From assembly GCA_965198115.1 (NCBI GenBank), contig OZ240241.1, positions 1,504,001 to 1,568,000 of the forward strand: a DNA stretch of 64,000 nt. Reading direction: 5' to 3'. A program made the position numbers and the translations under genes. This stretch comes from Candidatus Latescibacterota bacterium (GTDB taxonomy: Bacteria > Latescibacterota > UBA2968). How positions within the stretch are numbered: the first letter of the stretch is position 1; every line of letters starts with the position of its first letter. Under the pieces are notes generated by a model, which saw only the letters and a program-made list of their open reading frames with translations, had not been told where the DNA came from and did not search any database. Below are positions 43,246 to 54,319 of the stretch, one piece after another.

Positions 43246-44263
43246 TCACTTTATCTTTTCCCTACCCCCACCGTTCCTGAGCGACCGATTCGCGGCCTCC
43301 AGGATCTGGACAACCTCTAGACCCTCCTGGCCCCCACTGAGTGGGTCACTCTTGCCAGAAATGCAGTCAAGAAAATGTCGGCATTCGACCTGTAAGGGTT
43401 CGGTACTCGCGAGAAACGGCGTGTAGATGTCCCCGTAACGATAAGAGAACTGGAAATCTCCGAACGTGTCGTAGTGGGCGGGACCGTCGACCCCCTTGTC
43501 GTAAATCTTGATCTTTTTCCAGTGGCTCGACGTCATCATAGATGAGCATCTTCTTGCTGCCTACAAACGTCGACTTCCGGACCTTGCTTGGATCTAGCCA
43601 ACTCACGTGCACGTAGGCGATCACGTTGTCGGGGAAATAGAGTGAAAGCATCGCGACGTCTTCGACGCCGGACAGGATATTCGAATTGCCCTGGGCTGAA
43701 ACAGCTTCAGGTTGGGAACCTAGCACGTAGGTCAGGATCGACACATCGTGCGGCGCCAGATCCCAGATCACGTTGATGTCCTTCTGGAACAGGCCAAGGT
43801 TCAGGCGACTCATACTGACATAGTAGATGTCGCCCAGATCGCCACTCGCCACGATGTCGCGCACGTGATTCACCGCAGGCGAATAGACAAACGTATGGTC
43901 TGCGAGCAGCACCAGGCCCCTACCTTCTGCAAGCGTGACGAGATCACGGGCCTCACTGACATCGGCTGTCAGTGGTTTTTCCACCAATACGTGTTTCCCG
44001 TTTTCCAGAGCCCCTCTCGACATTTCGTAGTGGCAGGGGACAGGAGTTGCCACGCAGACCGCATCGACGTCGCTAGCCACCGCAACTCGCCAGTCCCTCG
44101 TCGTTTCCACAGCAGGAAACAGGGTGACGACGTGATCCAGCCGCCTCGGGTCGACGTCACACACAAGGGTCACTTCGGCGTCGGGCAGGTGGCTGAAGTT
44201 CCGGATGAGGTTGGGACCCCAGTAACCCGCACCTATGACTGCAATTTTCGTTTCTCGAGCCAT
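43246..44263 (-). CDS. Gfo/Idh/MocA oxidoreductase (nucleotide-sugar dehydrogenase), frameshift at the A-run near 43515
   Basis: GAGYWGPNL, VEKPL, WDLAPHD; C-terminus KIKIYDKG...YRYGDI in a second frame. Confidence 0.88.
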
Positions 44264-44268
44264 TGCGT

Positions 44269-45774
44269 CTATCTACCCCCACCAGACAACACAACGGGGA
44301 TGGTCTTGAGCAGAATCTTGAAGTCCAGCCACAAAGACCAGTTCTTGAGATAGTAGATGTCGAGCTTCACCATCTCTTCGAACGAGAGATCTGGCCCACC
44401 ACTGACCTGCCAAAGGCCGGTGATACCCGGTGTTCCCTTGAGTCGCTCGAGATGCCACGAACTGTAGTTTTCGGTCTCATAGGGGATCGGTGGTCGCGGC
44501 CCCACAAGACTCATCTCTCCTCGCAACACATTGAGGATCTGCGGCAGTTCGTCGAGACGATATTTCCGCAGTACTGACCCGATCCAGGTCACGCGGTTCT
44601 GGTTGACGATCTTTCCCGTCGGCTCCTGCCCTTCGATCAACTCCGCGTACGCAGCCTGCCGTTCCTTCTTCTGTTGTTCTTCACTCACGACCTGCATCGT
44701 TCTGAACTTCCAGAAATTGAAGGCTTTGCCGTGTTCTCCAACACGCGGTTGGGTAAACAACACCGGGCCCCTAGATCCCGCCTTGATGAGCGAAGAAATG
44801 AGGGTCCACAAGGGCAGAAGAACGATTCCTCCCACAAGGACGGCCGATACATCGAGCCCTCTCTTGAGCAGCCGGTCCCAGCTTCCCAGGTAGTGATCGT
44901 CCAGATCCAAAACAGGCACGCCATCGATCGCGCCGACCTTGACGTCCCCGCTGATCACTTCGAAAAGATCAGGCAGAATGTGGAACTTCAGGTTCTCGCT
45001 CTGGCATCGTCCCACGATATCCCGGATCGACTTGTGCGACGAGTTGGGCAACGCTACGATTACCTCGTTTGTCCCCTGAGATTGCGCGACGTCTGGGAGC
45101 ACATCGGTTCCTCCCATCACGCTAAGGCCCTGGACCGTCGCCCCGTGCGTAGCCGGATTGTCGTCGACAAAAGCGACCGGCTCGTACGCCAACCAGTAGT
45201 GTTTCCGCAGACGTTCAACAATACGCTGTCCAACAGGACCCGCCCCGACGACGACAACCTTCCGAATCCCGTAGCCACGCTTCAGAAACGACGAGTGAAT
45301 CGCGTCCACAATGACACGATTTCCGGTGAGAAGGACCGTCGCGAACGTTGCTCCTAAGATCACAACAAGCCTTGAAAACTCGAATCCCCAATACGTGGCT
45401 TCCTGATAACCGCGATACAGAAACAAGATCACAATGACCCCGACCGTGGCCAGCCCAACGGCCTTCAGAGCCAGGAAGAAATCGTCCACCAACTCGAGGG
45501 ACCGCGTGATACGGTAGGCGCCTGCAACGATCAGCCCGACCAAAGCGGCTGCGTTCCAGAAGTACAGCAAATACCAGTATGGCCTTGTGGGAACGTAAAT
45601 CTCGGGAGCGGACAAAAGAGCGGTGAATAGCTCGTTCGCCCCGCCGCTCTGCACTTCGAAGACGGCCGTCCGGCAGCGAAGCCAGAAAGCGGCAACGCCG
45701 GACAGGTTGACCATGATCAGGTCGAGTGCCAGCAGGAGAAAGAGCAGAGTAATGTGCAGCGTGCGGTAAGTCAA
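44269..45774 (-). CDS. undecaprenyl-phosphate sugar phosphotransferase (WcaJ-like)
   Basis: KRGLD, KFRTM, LDELPQ..NVLRGEMSLVGPRP, PGITGLWQV, YLKNWSLWLD. Confidence 0.93.
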   Translation of the reverse strand: MTYRTLHITLLFLLLALDLIMVNLSGVAAFWLRCRTAVFEVQSGGANELFTALLSAPEIYVPTRPYWYLLYFWNAAALVGLIVAGAYRITRSLELVDDFFLALKAVGLATVGVIVILFLYRGYQEATYWGFEFSRLVVILGATFATVLLTGNRVIVDAIHSSFLKRGYGIRKVVVVGAGPVGQRIVERLRKHYWLAYEPVAFVDDNPATHGATVQGLSVMGGTDVLPDVAQSQGTNEVIVALPNSSHKSIRDIVGRCQSENLKFHILPDLFEVISGDVKVGAIDGVPVLDLDDHYLGSWDRLLKRGLDVSAVLVGGIVLLPLWTLISSLIKAGSRGPVLFTQPRVGEHGKAFNFWKFRTMQVVSEEQQKKERQAAYAELIEGQEPTGKIVNQNRVTWIGSVLRKYRLDELPQILNVLRGEMSLVGPRPPIPYETENYSSWHLERLKGTPGITGLWQVSGGPDLSFEEMVKLDIYYLKNWSLWLDFKILLKTIPVVLSGGGR

Positions 45775-45852
45775 AGGAAGGAAGGCCCGACTTGTGATGT
45801 AAGAAACGGTGTGAAGCCCTGGACCTCCGGCGTTCAGCTCGCCAAGACGGCC

Positions 45853-46440
45853 TCAGGCGAATTCAAGTATGGAATCGATGATCGTCGTGATCAGCGTCTG
45901 GCTTCGATTTCTGAGCTGATCGAGTTGCCCCACAATATCGGCGCGTTCCCTGCGGCCGAACTTGATCGCCGTCACATCTTCGGCCTGACGGACAAGGACG
46001 AGCTCCCCCTCCTCGGCGAGTCGCTGATCGATCGAGCCGACGGGCCCCGAAAAGATGCTGTAGACGGGCACGCCGAGGAGTGCGGCTTCCCGGTTCATCG
46101 TTCCGCCGCCGACCACGAGGTCGGCGCGAAGGATCAGATCCAGGCCGTTGACCGGTTGCTCTAAGCTATGAAAATTCAACGAGTTCTCCAAAATTTTGCC
46201 GATTTCTGCCCGCTGGGCCTGCGTCCACGGGGCAATCAGCCCAAACAGATCGTCCGCCTCGGGACTCCGGCTCAGAACTGCCTGAAACAGGGCCTCGTTG
46301 CGCGTGTCGTGGTAGTGGGCCGTCGTGGCCGGGGGCATGATCAGGGCGACGATACGGTCTGGGGATGGGTAAGCCCGCCAAGCTGACCGGATCCGGCTCG
46401 GAATTCCCGAGCTACACCTCCTCTTTGTGGCCCGAACGCG
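45853..46440 (-). pseudogene. DUF354-like protein, C-terminal remnant
   Basis: G.KEEV*L, PPAT.AHYH, ADLVVGGGTMNREAALLGVP.YS.F.G; internal TAG and frameshift. Confidence 0.65.
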
Positions 46441-46727
46441 ATCGCCAGAAAGAACGGACTCTAAGCGCATCCGGCAGAAGAAACAAATGGGGGACGCTCG
46501 TAGTCGTAGAGAATCTGCCCACCGGAAAGAAGACCGCCAAGCGCCAGAACACACGGATACACTGGCGTCCAAATGCCAATATCCTCTGCCCGAACATCCC
46601 CCCTCAACACGCCTTCGGCAAAAGAGGTATAGGAATGCGTATCGCTAGCGCTTGCCGGAGGCACGAACCCAAGCCAGAGTAACTTCCACAGCGCTGCAAA
46701 AACGAGGAGCCACTTGAGTTCACCCAC
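46441..46727 (-). pseudogene. N-terminal remnant of a GT-C/ArnT-like membrane glycosyltransferase
   Basis: TM helix then SDTHSY..FA, WTPVYP..LA. Confidence 0.45.
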
Positions 46728-46789
46728 TTCCCGAAGTTTAGCAAGTATCCTTACGATGGCAGAATCACCTCAGGTAGAGACAGTGCCCT

Positions 46790-47079
46790 CATACATCCCA
46801 GGGGGCTCAGCTCGTCCAGCCTGTCCATCACCTTGCGGCCCGTCGGGCCGACGCCCTGTTCACGAGCAGTCTGAACCACTTGACGCACCCCAGATCGGGC
46901 CTGGCTCTCGCCTCACCTACAATACGCTTGTCCGCCGTTTCCACCGTTGCCCTTTCGGTGCCGGGACTGATGACGGAGAACCGCGACTTCACGAGCAGGC
47001 ATCCCGAGGTCAGCGCAGCTGCGGGCACCGCCAGGACCGAGAGTTCACCCGTGCCCGTGTGCTGGAAAACCTGCTTCAT
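46790..47079 (-). pseudogene. N-terminal remnant of a bi-domain (Zn-ADH/Gfo) polysaccharide oxidoreductase
   Basis: MKQVFQ..GTGELSV..VP...S.ISPGTER...ARPDL, then frameshifted QVVQTAREQG...MDRLDELSPLG. Confidence 0.65.
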
Positions 47080-48691
47080 TCGGGTGCCTCCCAGCGGAGC
47101 ATCGCGAGACCCGCCAGCGTGGTCCCTTCCCTGCCCGCCTTCGTGGCCAGGGCCCTGAAACGCACTTCTATCGTATCCGCTCTGCTCTTCAGCGCCATGC
47201 GGAAGGGAAACCACATACCCATCTTGATTGCTTCTTGCTCCCAAACAACCCTGTTGTTCAGCAGGATCTGGTATGTGACCTCCCCCCCAGAGGCGCCCGG
47301 CCTGAAAAGGTTCAACACACGTCCTGCCAGAACACGATGACGGTCGGGCAGGTCTGTTCGAAAGCGGATACTACCGAAGTTGTCCACGTCGTAACTTCGC
47401 CGACCAAGGGAGAACATGCAGGCTCCACCCATATGGGTGTAGCCCGCCACGCCACGATCACCATTCGTCGTGAAATCGACAGTCACCTTGGAAAGCAGCC
47501 CCTCGTACCGGCCAGGTTGGCGTTTCAACTCCCCGCTGACTACAGACGCTCCCACCCAGTCGGCAATGGCCTCCGCAATAGGCGATGGCCACTGGACCGC
47601 CAATGGCCGTTGTGCTCCCATTTGTGGGGGCTCCCGCCGGCCTCGTGATCTCTTTTGAAAGCAGGTGTCGAGTCGATATAGCGCCAATCCTGAAACACGG
47701 CCTTTCTGACCGCGGCTCGGTCCAGACCAAAAGGTGTGAGGGCCGATGTATACAGCGTCTTCCGGTATTCGAAAGGGAGAGGGAAATACGCTGGGATGAA
47801 CGCTGCACCATCATCTTCGACCATAGGCCGAAGCGCGTCGAGCTGAGCCCTCGTTACGCTGATCGATCGGACGACGAGCGAGTCCGCGGGCAGGTCAGTG
47901 CAAAACGCACGATGAACTGGGGAGAGATAATCCGACGGTTTCCCACCGAAAGCGTGAAAATAGAAGAATCTGACGTCGGCGATTCTGGCCGCAAGCAATC
48001 TGTTGAGACGGGATCCCTCAACAAGGACAAGGCGATCTTCGAGGGACTTCCTTTTGCGTACCTCGTATGCTCGGAAGGCGTTCTGCGATGTGCCGAGTGG
48101 CTGATAATTTCTACCCAAGTAGTAGGGAAAGAAGGTCGAGATGACAAGGTCCGGACTAAAGAATCGACCGTACGTCCGATACGCGTGGATTTGGAAGGGA
48201 AGCCCCTAGCCCGAGAGACCAAAAGCGATTACCTCGAAACGCGGGTCTCCTCCGTATCTCTCGTTCAGGAGTGATTCCAGGACTCGATGGTATGCCGCGC
48301 CGAGCGGTACCTGCCAGGCCTCCGTGTAGGAATCGCCTAGCACCAGCACTCTTATGACGTCTCGGGGTTTCGAGATCGTATGGTTCTCGTCATTAAAACC
48401 CAGATAATTCAGCTGATGCGTAACATCGAACTCCTTGATGACTCCCGTACTCCCCTGATAACGAAACTTCCCTCCGGGGACATTGATGACTCCACTCCCC
48501 TGATAACGAAACGTCCCCCCGGGGACATTGAACGAGTGGTATCGGACTCGTACAGTTTCCTGGGGATATATGAGCGCATAGCACTTTAGAGCGACCTCGA
48601 GCACAATCGTCGCCACGAGGATGCCAGCCAAGGGCAGAAGCAAGCGTGTCTCGGTTCCAGCAAGTTGGCGACGTGAGATCATCATCGGCAA
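47076..48691 (-). pseudogene. SGNH/GDSL-like acyltransferase, fragmented
   Basis: N.LGF.D, RVLVLGDSYTEA.QV, EVI.FGLSG; later HKWEHNGHW...GHR (DxHW-type) in other frames. Confidence 0.6.
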
Positions 48692-49015
48692 ACCGGCGGT
48701 CGGCGTCCACGACCTTCTACGCCGTTGTAGCCGCGCACCACTTCGATGTCCTCCAGACCGGTCTCCTCATACCAGGAGCGAAAAGTTCTCACCGTCTGCG
48801 GAAGGTCGTAGGCCGGGGACAGCATATCGAACGTATCGAGATAGGCCCACTCCCTCAGAACATCATCGGATGCCTCTGGGAGCGGCCTCGAGTAGTCTGC
48901 CACCATCAAGCGCCAGTTGATGGCCAATCCCACGAAGGGAATCTGTCGTATATACCGTGCAAGCGGCCACACCGCGTCGATATATCGCTTGATCCGCCCA
49001 TACAGTCGTCGAGGG
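48682..49015 (-). pseudogene. C-terminal remnant of a SAM-dependent methyltransferase
   Basis: REWAYLDTFDMLSPAYD.PQT....SW.E..GL. Confidence 0.55.
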
Positions 49016-49185
49016 TAAAGGCGAGAGTGTCGTCGTCGATCGCCTGGAGCTTGCCCGTGGCCAGCGGAGGCCGGATCACGTATGGCACAACCGTTCCAGC
49101 CGGTCGCGCTCGCCGGCCTCGATGCGCGTGGCGGCTGAATCCTCGCGCGGAGAAGCACAGCGGCCCGCTCCGAATGCCTTGGACC
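49010..49185 (-). mobile_element. IS91-family (Y2 rolling-circle) transposase remnant
   Basis: LCFSARGFSRHA...YVIRPPLA..KL......FTL resembles the GFSLHA and YITRP motifs. Confidence 0.5.
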
Positions 49186-49210
49186 GGTTCGAGTCCCGTC
49201 CGCTCCGCCA
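49186..49210 (+). other. tRNA-Asp-like 3' fragment (att-site relic)
   Basis: ggttcgagtcccgtccgctccgcca = T-loop, acceptor strand and CCA; no 5' half upstream. Confidence 0.75.
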
Positions 49211-49640
49211 AACACAAAGGGTCCGTACCGGGGACATGGTTTACACTTTTTCCGATATAAAAAGGATTGGGGCGCAAGTGTGGAGAGCTGCTTAAAAGCT
49301 CCGATAGGGCTGAAGGGAAGAGAACAGACCTCAGAGAGAACAGGGTCGATTCTGACGACCAAGGTAAAACCATTTGCTGTCGCCCATGAATCTTGAAGAG
49401 TCCTTCCGCTGGCAACTTAAGCCTGACGCAGCACTCGTTCATGTGATACGCGACCAGTTGATTCGGCGTGACTTGGTTGTTCGAGTTCGTCGGTCAGCCG
49501 TATCTTTCAGGCTGTTTTGAATAGTCTCACCAATTCAGTTGGTGTAGTCGGGGGTAAGCCTGAGAATCTCATCGCTATCATGCGCGGTGCCGGGTCCACA
49601 GACGCAGGCTGCGAACAATGGTGTGCCAGGCGCCCTACGA

Positions 49641-50149
49641 TCAAGACGGTCGCGGATAGCGCAGATCGTAGATCCCACCATCGATAATTGGATAGATCTG
49701 ACCACAAGAAGTGCAATCTAGTGATCTCGGCGACTCGACGAACTCACCACGGCAACGTGGACATTGAACAAGTGCAGATAGGTCTCGCTCATTGTATTGG
49801 CAAAGCGGTTTGCCCGGGGGGGTAACCCGAACAAAAGTATTGGGAGCAAGTCCCATTCCACCGAGCGGGCGTTGGAGCAACCGGTCAACTGCCGCGAGTC
49901 CGCCGAGAATCTTGACAATATGACGATTCCGAAATAGACCAGTGCCAAGGACCTTCTCAATCGTGAAGCCAGCGTCAGTAAGAGTCTGTGCCACGTACGC
50001 GGGATGAAGGTGTGACAGATAATCACCTTCTTCAATTTCATAGGGATGTATGTCGAAGGGCCTAAAGTGCCTTCGGCCAAGAGCCATCTTTACAATCTGT
50101 GGGGCGGAACGCTTGTTTGAGTAATTCAAGACTAGCTTTGATTCACCGG
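49641..50149 (-). pseudogene. methyltransferase C-terminal part with Trm112-like Zn ribbon, truncated by IS256
   Basis: Y.NKR, HP.YV..L..AGF.IE, CPRCRG...C..CG..YPI..GIYD.R. Confidence 0.6.
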
Positions 50150-51523
50150 GAGCTCAGGTCAATAGGTGTGTAAAAGAAATCAGGCGGCCATCTTCCCGGC
50201 TTCGACCTGCGGTCCGGTTGAGTGTTTCTGATCGTAGACTTGTTGTAGCAAGTGTGGCGCGGTGAGTTTCCTGAATCGGCTCTCTGCGACCTTGAGCGTA
50301 CGCCAGATGAGAGTCGTGGCGTTCCTGACTTTCTTGAATCGCCTGGCGGCGTTTGTGCGAAGCCGAACGGAAGCAAAGGGGCTCTCGACGACGTTCGTGG
50401 TTCTCAGGTGTTTCCAGTGTTCCTTCGGGAAGTCGTAGAACGTGACCATCCGATCCCAGTCTCTTTCGAGCGTCTCCACGGCGGCAGGGAACTGTGAGCG
50501 ATACCGTGCGGCAAAGCGTTTCCGGAGCTTCTCGGCCTCCTTTTTCGTGCCGGCATAGGGGATCTGGACGAGCAGTGCGCGGGCTTCAGCCTGTGCACGC
50601 TTGGCGACCTTGTCGAGCACGTTGAGGATCTTGTGGTTCCAGCACCGTTGTTGCCGGCTCTCTGGCCAGACCTGATCAACGGCCGCCCAGATGCCCATAT
50701 TCCCGTCCGCGGCGATCAGGACAGGATGTTCGAGCCCGCGATCCCGGAGATCCCGGAGCACCGTGAGCCAGGATTCTGTAGACTCTCGATAACCGGGTTC
50801 TATCGCCAGGATCTCCTTGCTGCCGTCGCTCATCGCGCCGATCACGACCAGCAGACACGCCTTCTCGCGCTCGAGCCCGGCTTTGACGTAGATGCCATCA
50901 GCCCAGGCGTAGACCAGTTCGCGATTATCCAGACGCCTTTCTTTCCAGTCCTGGAAGTCGACCTCCCACTTCCCTCGAAGACGAGCGATCGAGGTCGGCG
51001 AAAGCGGCGCGCCATCACCGAGCAGCGCACGCAAAGACAACTCGAAGTCGCCCTGGGAGAGACCGTGGAGATAAAGGTCGGGAAGCAGATCTCCAATGGC
51101 CCTGGTTCTCCAGGCGAACAGGGGGAGGATGCGGCTTTCAAACCGCTCTTCCAGACCACGAACCCGGGGACGCCGGACCTTGATCGTTCCGCAGCTCGTC
51201 GAGAGACGCCGGGGCTTGCCGTAGCCGTTCCTGTAGCCCGTGGAGCTATCAACCTCGGCTCGGCGCTCATACCACGACCGGCCCAAGAACGCGGTCGCCT
51301 CCTCCTCCAGAATGGACTGGAACCGGCCCTGGATCTCTTCACGGATCCAATCGTCAACCGTCTCCCACGTCGGCATGGACTTCAATGGGGTTCTATGCGT
51401 ATGTTCCTTCACGGCGATCCTCCTTCCCAACCGGGCCTCTCACCCGGTTTTGTGTGAATCAACTATCTCACGGGAAGGGTAGGGTCGCCCTTTCTCTTTT
51501 TCCACACCTTTTGATTATAGCTC
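50150..51523 (-). mobile_element. IS256-family IS copy 2 (no TSD)
   Basis: 1374 bp, near-identical to 33477-34850; flanks attcaccgg / ttggtcggt do not match. Confidence 0.95.
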
Positions 51524-51649
51524 TTGGTCGGTGAAGCGCAGGTCACTTCGAGCGGAGTCGAGAAGTCCCTGTTCGCTATTCTCGATGGGCGTGTTCTCCA
51601 CTACGCTCCACCGTGGGATGACAGCAGGCTGCGCCCGCGAACAGGTCAT

Positions 51650-52141
51650 TTAATCCCGCATGTTGACGAATTGGAGAGGAATCTCGTAATCATTGGATTT
51701 CAGCAGCCGAATGACGGCCTGCAGGTCGTAGCGCTTTTTTCCAGAAACGCGAAGTTCATCGCCCTGGATCTGAATCTGCACCTTGATCTTGGTGTCCTTC
51801 ACATCCTTCACGATCCTCTTTCCGATGTCCTGATCGATGCCTTGTTTGATCATAACTTCTCGCCGCAGGGTTTTTCCACCCGCAGCCTCGACATCCTTGA
51901 AATCGAGACATCCCGCATCGACCTTCCTCCGCACGGCGTGTGTGATCAGGATGTCCCGAACCGCATCCATCTTCATCTCGTCCTCTGTTCGAACGACGAT
52001 GAGGCCGACCTTGTTGTCCCATTCGATCTGTGTATTCGATCCGCGGAAGTCGTAACGCTGCACGATCTCCTTGCTCGCGTTGTTCACCGTGTTCGAGACC
52101 TCCTGCAGGTCGACCTTGTTGACCACATCGAATGATGGCAT
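51650..52141 (-). CDS. yajQ: YajQ family nucleotide/c-di-GMP-binding protein
   Basis: MPSFDVV, RYDF.G, IQGDELRV.GKK, LQFVN.RD. Confidence 0.95.
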   Translation of the reverse strand: MPSFDVVNKVDLQEVSNTVNNASKEIVQRYDFRGSNTQIEWDNKVGLIVVRTEDEMKMDAVRDILITHAVRRKVDAGCLDFKDVEAAGGKTLRREVMIKQGIDQDIGKRIVKDVKDTKIKVQIQIQGDELRVSGKKRYDLQAVIRLLKSNDYEIPLQFVNMRD

Positions 52142-52165
52142 CGTTTCTCCTGTCTATTACGTTGT

Positions 52166-53116
52166 CTAGCTCGCTGAAGCCTTGTCATCGCCCCCGAGAA
52201 TCTGATCGATCTCTTCCATATCCTCATCCGAAAGCTGCCACTCGACAGTCTTGGCATTCGCTGAGACCTGCTCGGACTTCGTAGCGCCGGCAATAACAGA
52301 TGTCACGGCCGGATTCGCCAACAGCCAAGCGAATGCGAGATCGAGCACGGTACGGTCCCTTTTCGTTGCGAACCTTTCCAAAGACTCGAGAGTATCGAAA
52401 TTGCTATCCGTAAACAGCCCGCGATCCCCACCGGCCAGCCGTGTGCCTTCGGGGGCGGGCTCCCCTCGACGGTACTTCCCTGTCAGGAAGCCATTCGCGA
52501 GGGGAAAATAGGGCAGGATGCCGATCCCGTAGGTTTTGCAGAATGGGACGAGTTCTGATTCGACCTTCCGATCCAACATGCTGTAGCGTGGCTGAACGGT
52601 CGAGAACGAAACGAGGTTGTTCATCCGCGAAGCCCACACGGCCTCACATACCTCCCACGACGCATAATTCGAGCATCCGACGTAGCGCACCTTGCCCTGC
52701 GTGACCAACTGGTCCAGCGCGTGGAGCGTCTCCTCGATTGGCGTATTCGGGTCCGCGCGATGGATCTGGTAGAGATCCACGTAGTCCGTTCGCAGACGCT
52801 TCAGGCTTTTCTCGATCTCCGCGAACAGATGGTGGCGTGAGGCGCCGACCTCGTTGGGGCCGTCGCCGACCTTCATCGCTGCCTTCGTCGCGAGGATAAA
52901 CTGATCACGCTTCCCAAGGATTGCTTTACCGATAAACGTCTCGGATTGCCCGCCACTGTAGATGTTCGCCGTATCGATGAACGTCACGTCTTCGTCCAGC
53001 GCCCGATCGAGTACACGGACGGTTCCGGCCGCGTCTACTCGGCGACCAAAATTGTTCGTCCCCAGACCAATGGCCGAAACCTCGAGACCGGAAGGGCCCA
53101 GTTTGCGGTATTCCAA
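52166..53116 (-). CDS. aldo/keto reductase
   Basis: IGLGTNNFG, DTANIY, SLKRLRTDYVDLYQIH, PYFPLA.GFLTGKY. Confidence 0.93.
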   Translation of the reverse strand: MEYRKLGPSGLEVSAIGLGTNNFGRRVDAAGTVRVLDRALDEDVTFIDTANIYSGGQSETFIGKAILGKRDQFILATKAAMKVGDGPNEVGASRHHLFAEIEKSLKRLRTDYVDLYQIHRADPNTPIEETLHALDQLVTQGKVRYVGCSNYASWEVCEAVWASRMNNLVSFSTVQPRYSMLDRKVESELVPFCKTYGIGILPYFPLANGFLTGKYRRGEPAPEGTRLAGGDRGLFTDSNFDTLESLERFATKRDRTVLDLAFAWLLANPAVTSVIAGATKSEQVSANAKTVEWQLSDEDMEEIDQILGGDDKASAS

Positions 53117-53188
53117 GATTGCTCCTGCGACGGTTGACAGTGTGCGTGGCTAAACCTCTGAAGAGACGAACTCAGATCGCAGAACGTC

Positions 53189-53281
53189 GAACGCCGAATG
53201 TCGAAAGGGCGATTCTAAATCCATCGAGCTTGTCGGGTTACCCTTCGACATTCGAAATTGGGAGTTCGACATTCGGCGTTC
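53189..53281. repeat. intergenic inverted repeat built from heptamer-like units
   Basis: gaacgccgaatgtcgaa ... ttcgacattcggcgttc (17-bp perfect IR). Confidence 0.6.
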
Positions 53282-53287
53282 AGTTTC

Positions 53288-54298
53288 CTACCACTCGAAA
53301 ACGACCTTGCCGGTATCTCCCGCGTCAAATGTGTTAAATGCCTCCACGGCGTCCTCGACTCTGAACCGATGTGTGACGATGTCGTCGAGCGGCACGTCGT
53401 GGGTCTGCAGAAAGTCAATGGCAGCGTAGTAATCTGAGTAGGAATAAACCGAGTTTCCCTTCACCGTAAGATCCTTGCCCAGCAGACTCCCGAAGTTCAG
53501 ACTGAACTCCGGCTGGCCGATCCCCACGTAGACCAGGGTCGCTCCACGTCCAGCCACGACACCTGCCTGGGACCGAGCCGCGTCGCTTCCCGAACACTCC
53601 ACGACGCCACGCACACCCTTGCCGTTCGTCAGATCACTCACGACAGCCGTCGGGTCGTCGGTTGATGCATCGACGACGGTTCCTTTCCCGATCCGTCTGG
53701 CCAGGTCGATCCGGTAAGGATGGATGTCCACGCCAATCGCGTCGTAGCCCATCCCGATCGCGTAGAGATACGCCGTCAGACCGACCGGTCCGAGCCCGAA
53801 AACGACGACGGGTTCGCCCGCGTGTGCGGTGACCTTGCTAACGGCCGAGAAGGACGTACCCGCGGTGCACGCCAGCTGCGTACCGACTTCAAAGGAAATC
53901 GAATCTGAAAGGGGAAGACAGTAGCGGGCTTCGGTCAGCATGTAGTCCGCGTGGGAGCCGTCCTGGGTCCGACCAAAGGCGCCTCCCGCAATCTGGCAGG
54001 ATGCGGGCATACCGGACGTGCAGTCGACGCAGTAGCCACACCCTGTTCGGTGGTAAACGGTCACCCGGTCTCCCACCCTGACGTTCGTCACGCCGGGGCC
54101 GAGCTCCGCGACGAGGCCTGTCGGTTCGTGCCCGGACCGCTCCTTCGCCCAGGCACGATTGCTGTGATACTTGTGCAGGTCACTACCGCAGAGACCGCCG
54201 ATCTTGCTTTCGATCACCACCTGACCGGCTCCGGGCTGAGGCTGATCGAATTCCCTGACCTCCACTTCACTTTCTCCGAGATAAACGACGCCCTTCAT
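53288..54298 (-). CDS. zinc-binding alcohol dehydrogenase
   Basis: LCGSDLH, GHE..G, CGYCVDC..G....C, GLGPVG. Confidence 0.92.
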   Translation of the reverse strand: MKGVVYLGESEVEVREFDQPQPGAGQVVIESKIGGLCGSDLHKYHSNRAWAKERSGHEPTGLVAELGPGVTNVRVGDRVTVYHRTGCGYCVDCTSGMPASCQIAGGAFGRTQDGSHADYMLTEARYCLPLSDSISFEVGTQLACTAGTSFSAVSKVTAHAGEPVVVFGLGPVGLTAYLYAIGMGYDAIGVDIHPYRIDLARRIGKGTVVDASTDDPTAVVSDLTNGKGVRGVVECSGSDAARSQAGVVAGRGATLVYVGIGQPEFSLNFGSLLGKDLTVKGNSVYSYSDYYAAIDFLQTHDVPLDDIVTHRFRVEDAVEAFNTFDAGDTGKVVFEW

Positions 54299-54319
54299 AT
54301 CGCTCTCCCCTCTTCGGGT

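Noticed and set aside
49140-49210. Complete tRNA gene
   Set aside because: Only the T-loop, acceptor strand and CCA are present; the upstream sequence cannot form the D and anticodon arms
33477-51523. Composite transposon bounded by the two IS256 copies
   Set aside because: Copy 1 has its own TSD and the outer flanks do not match
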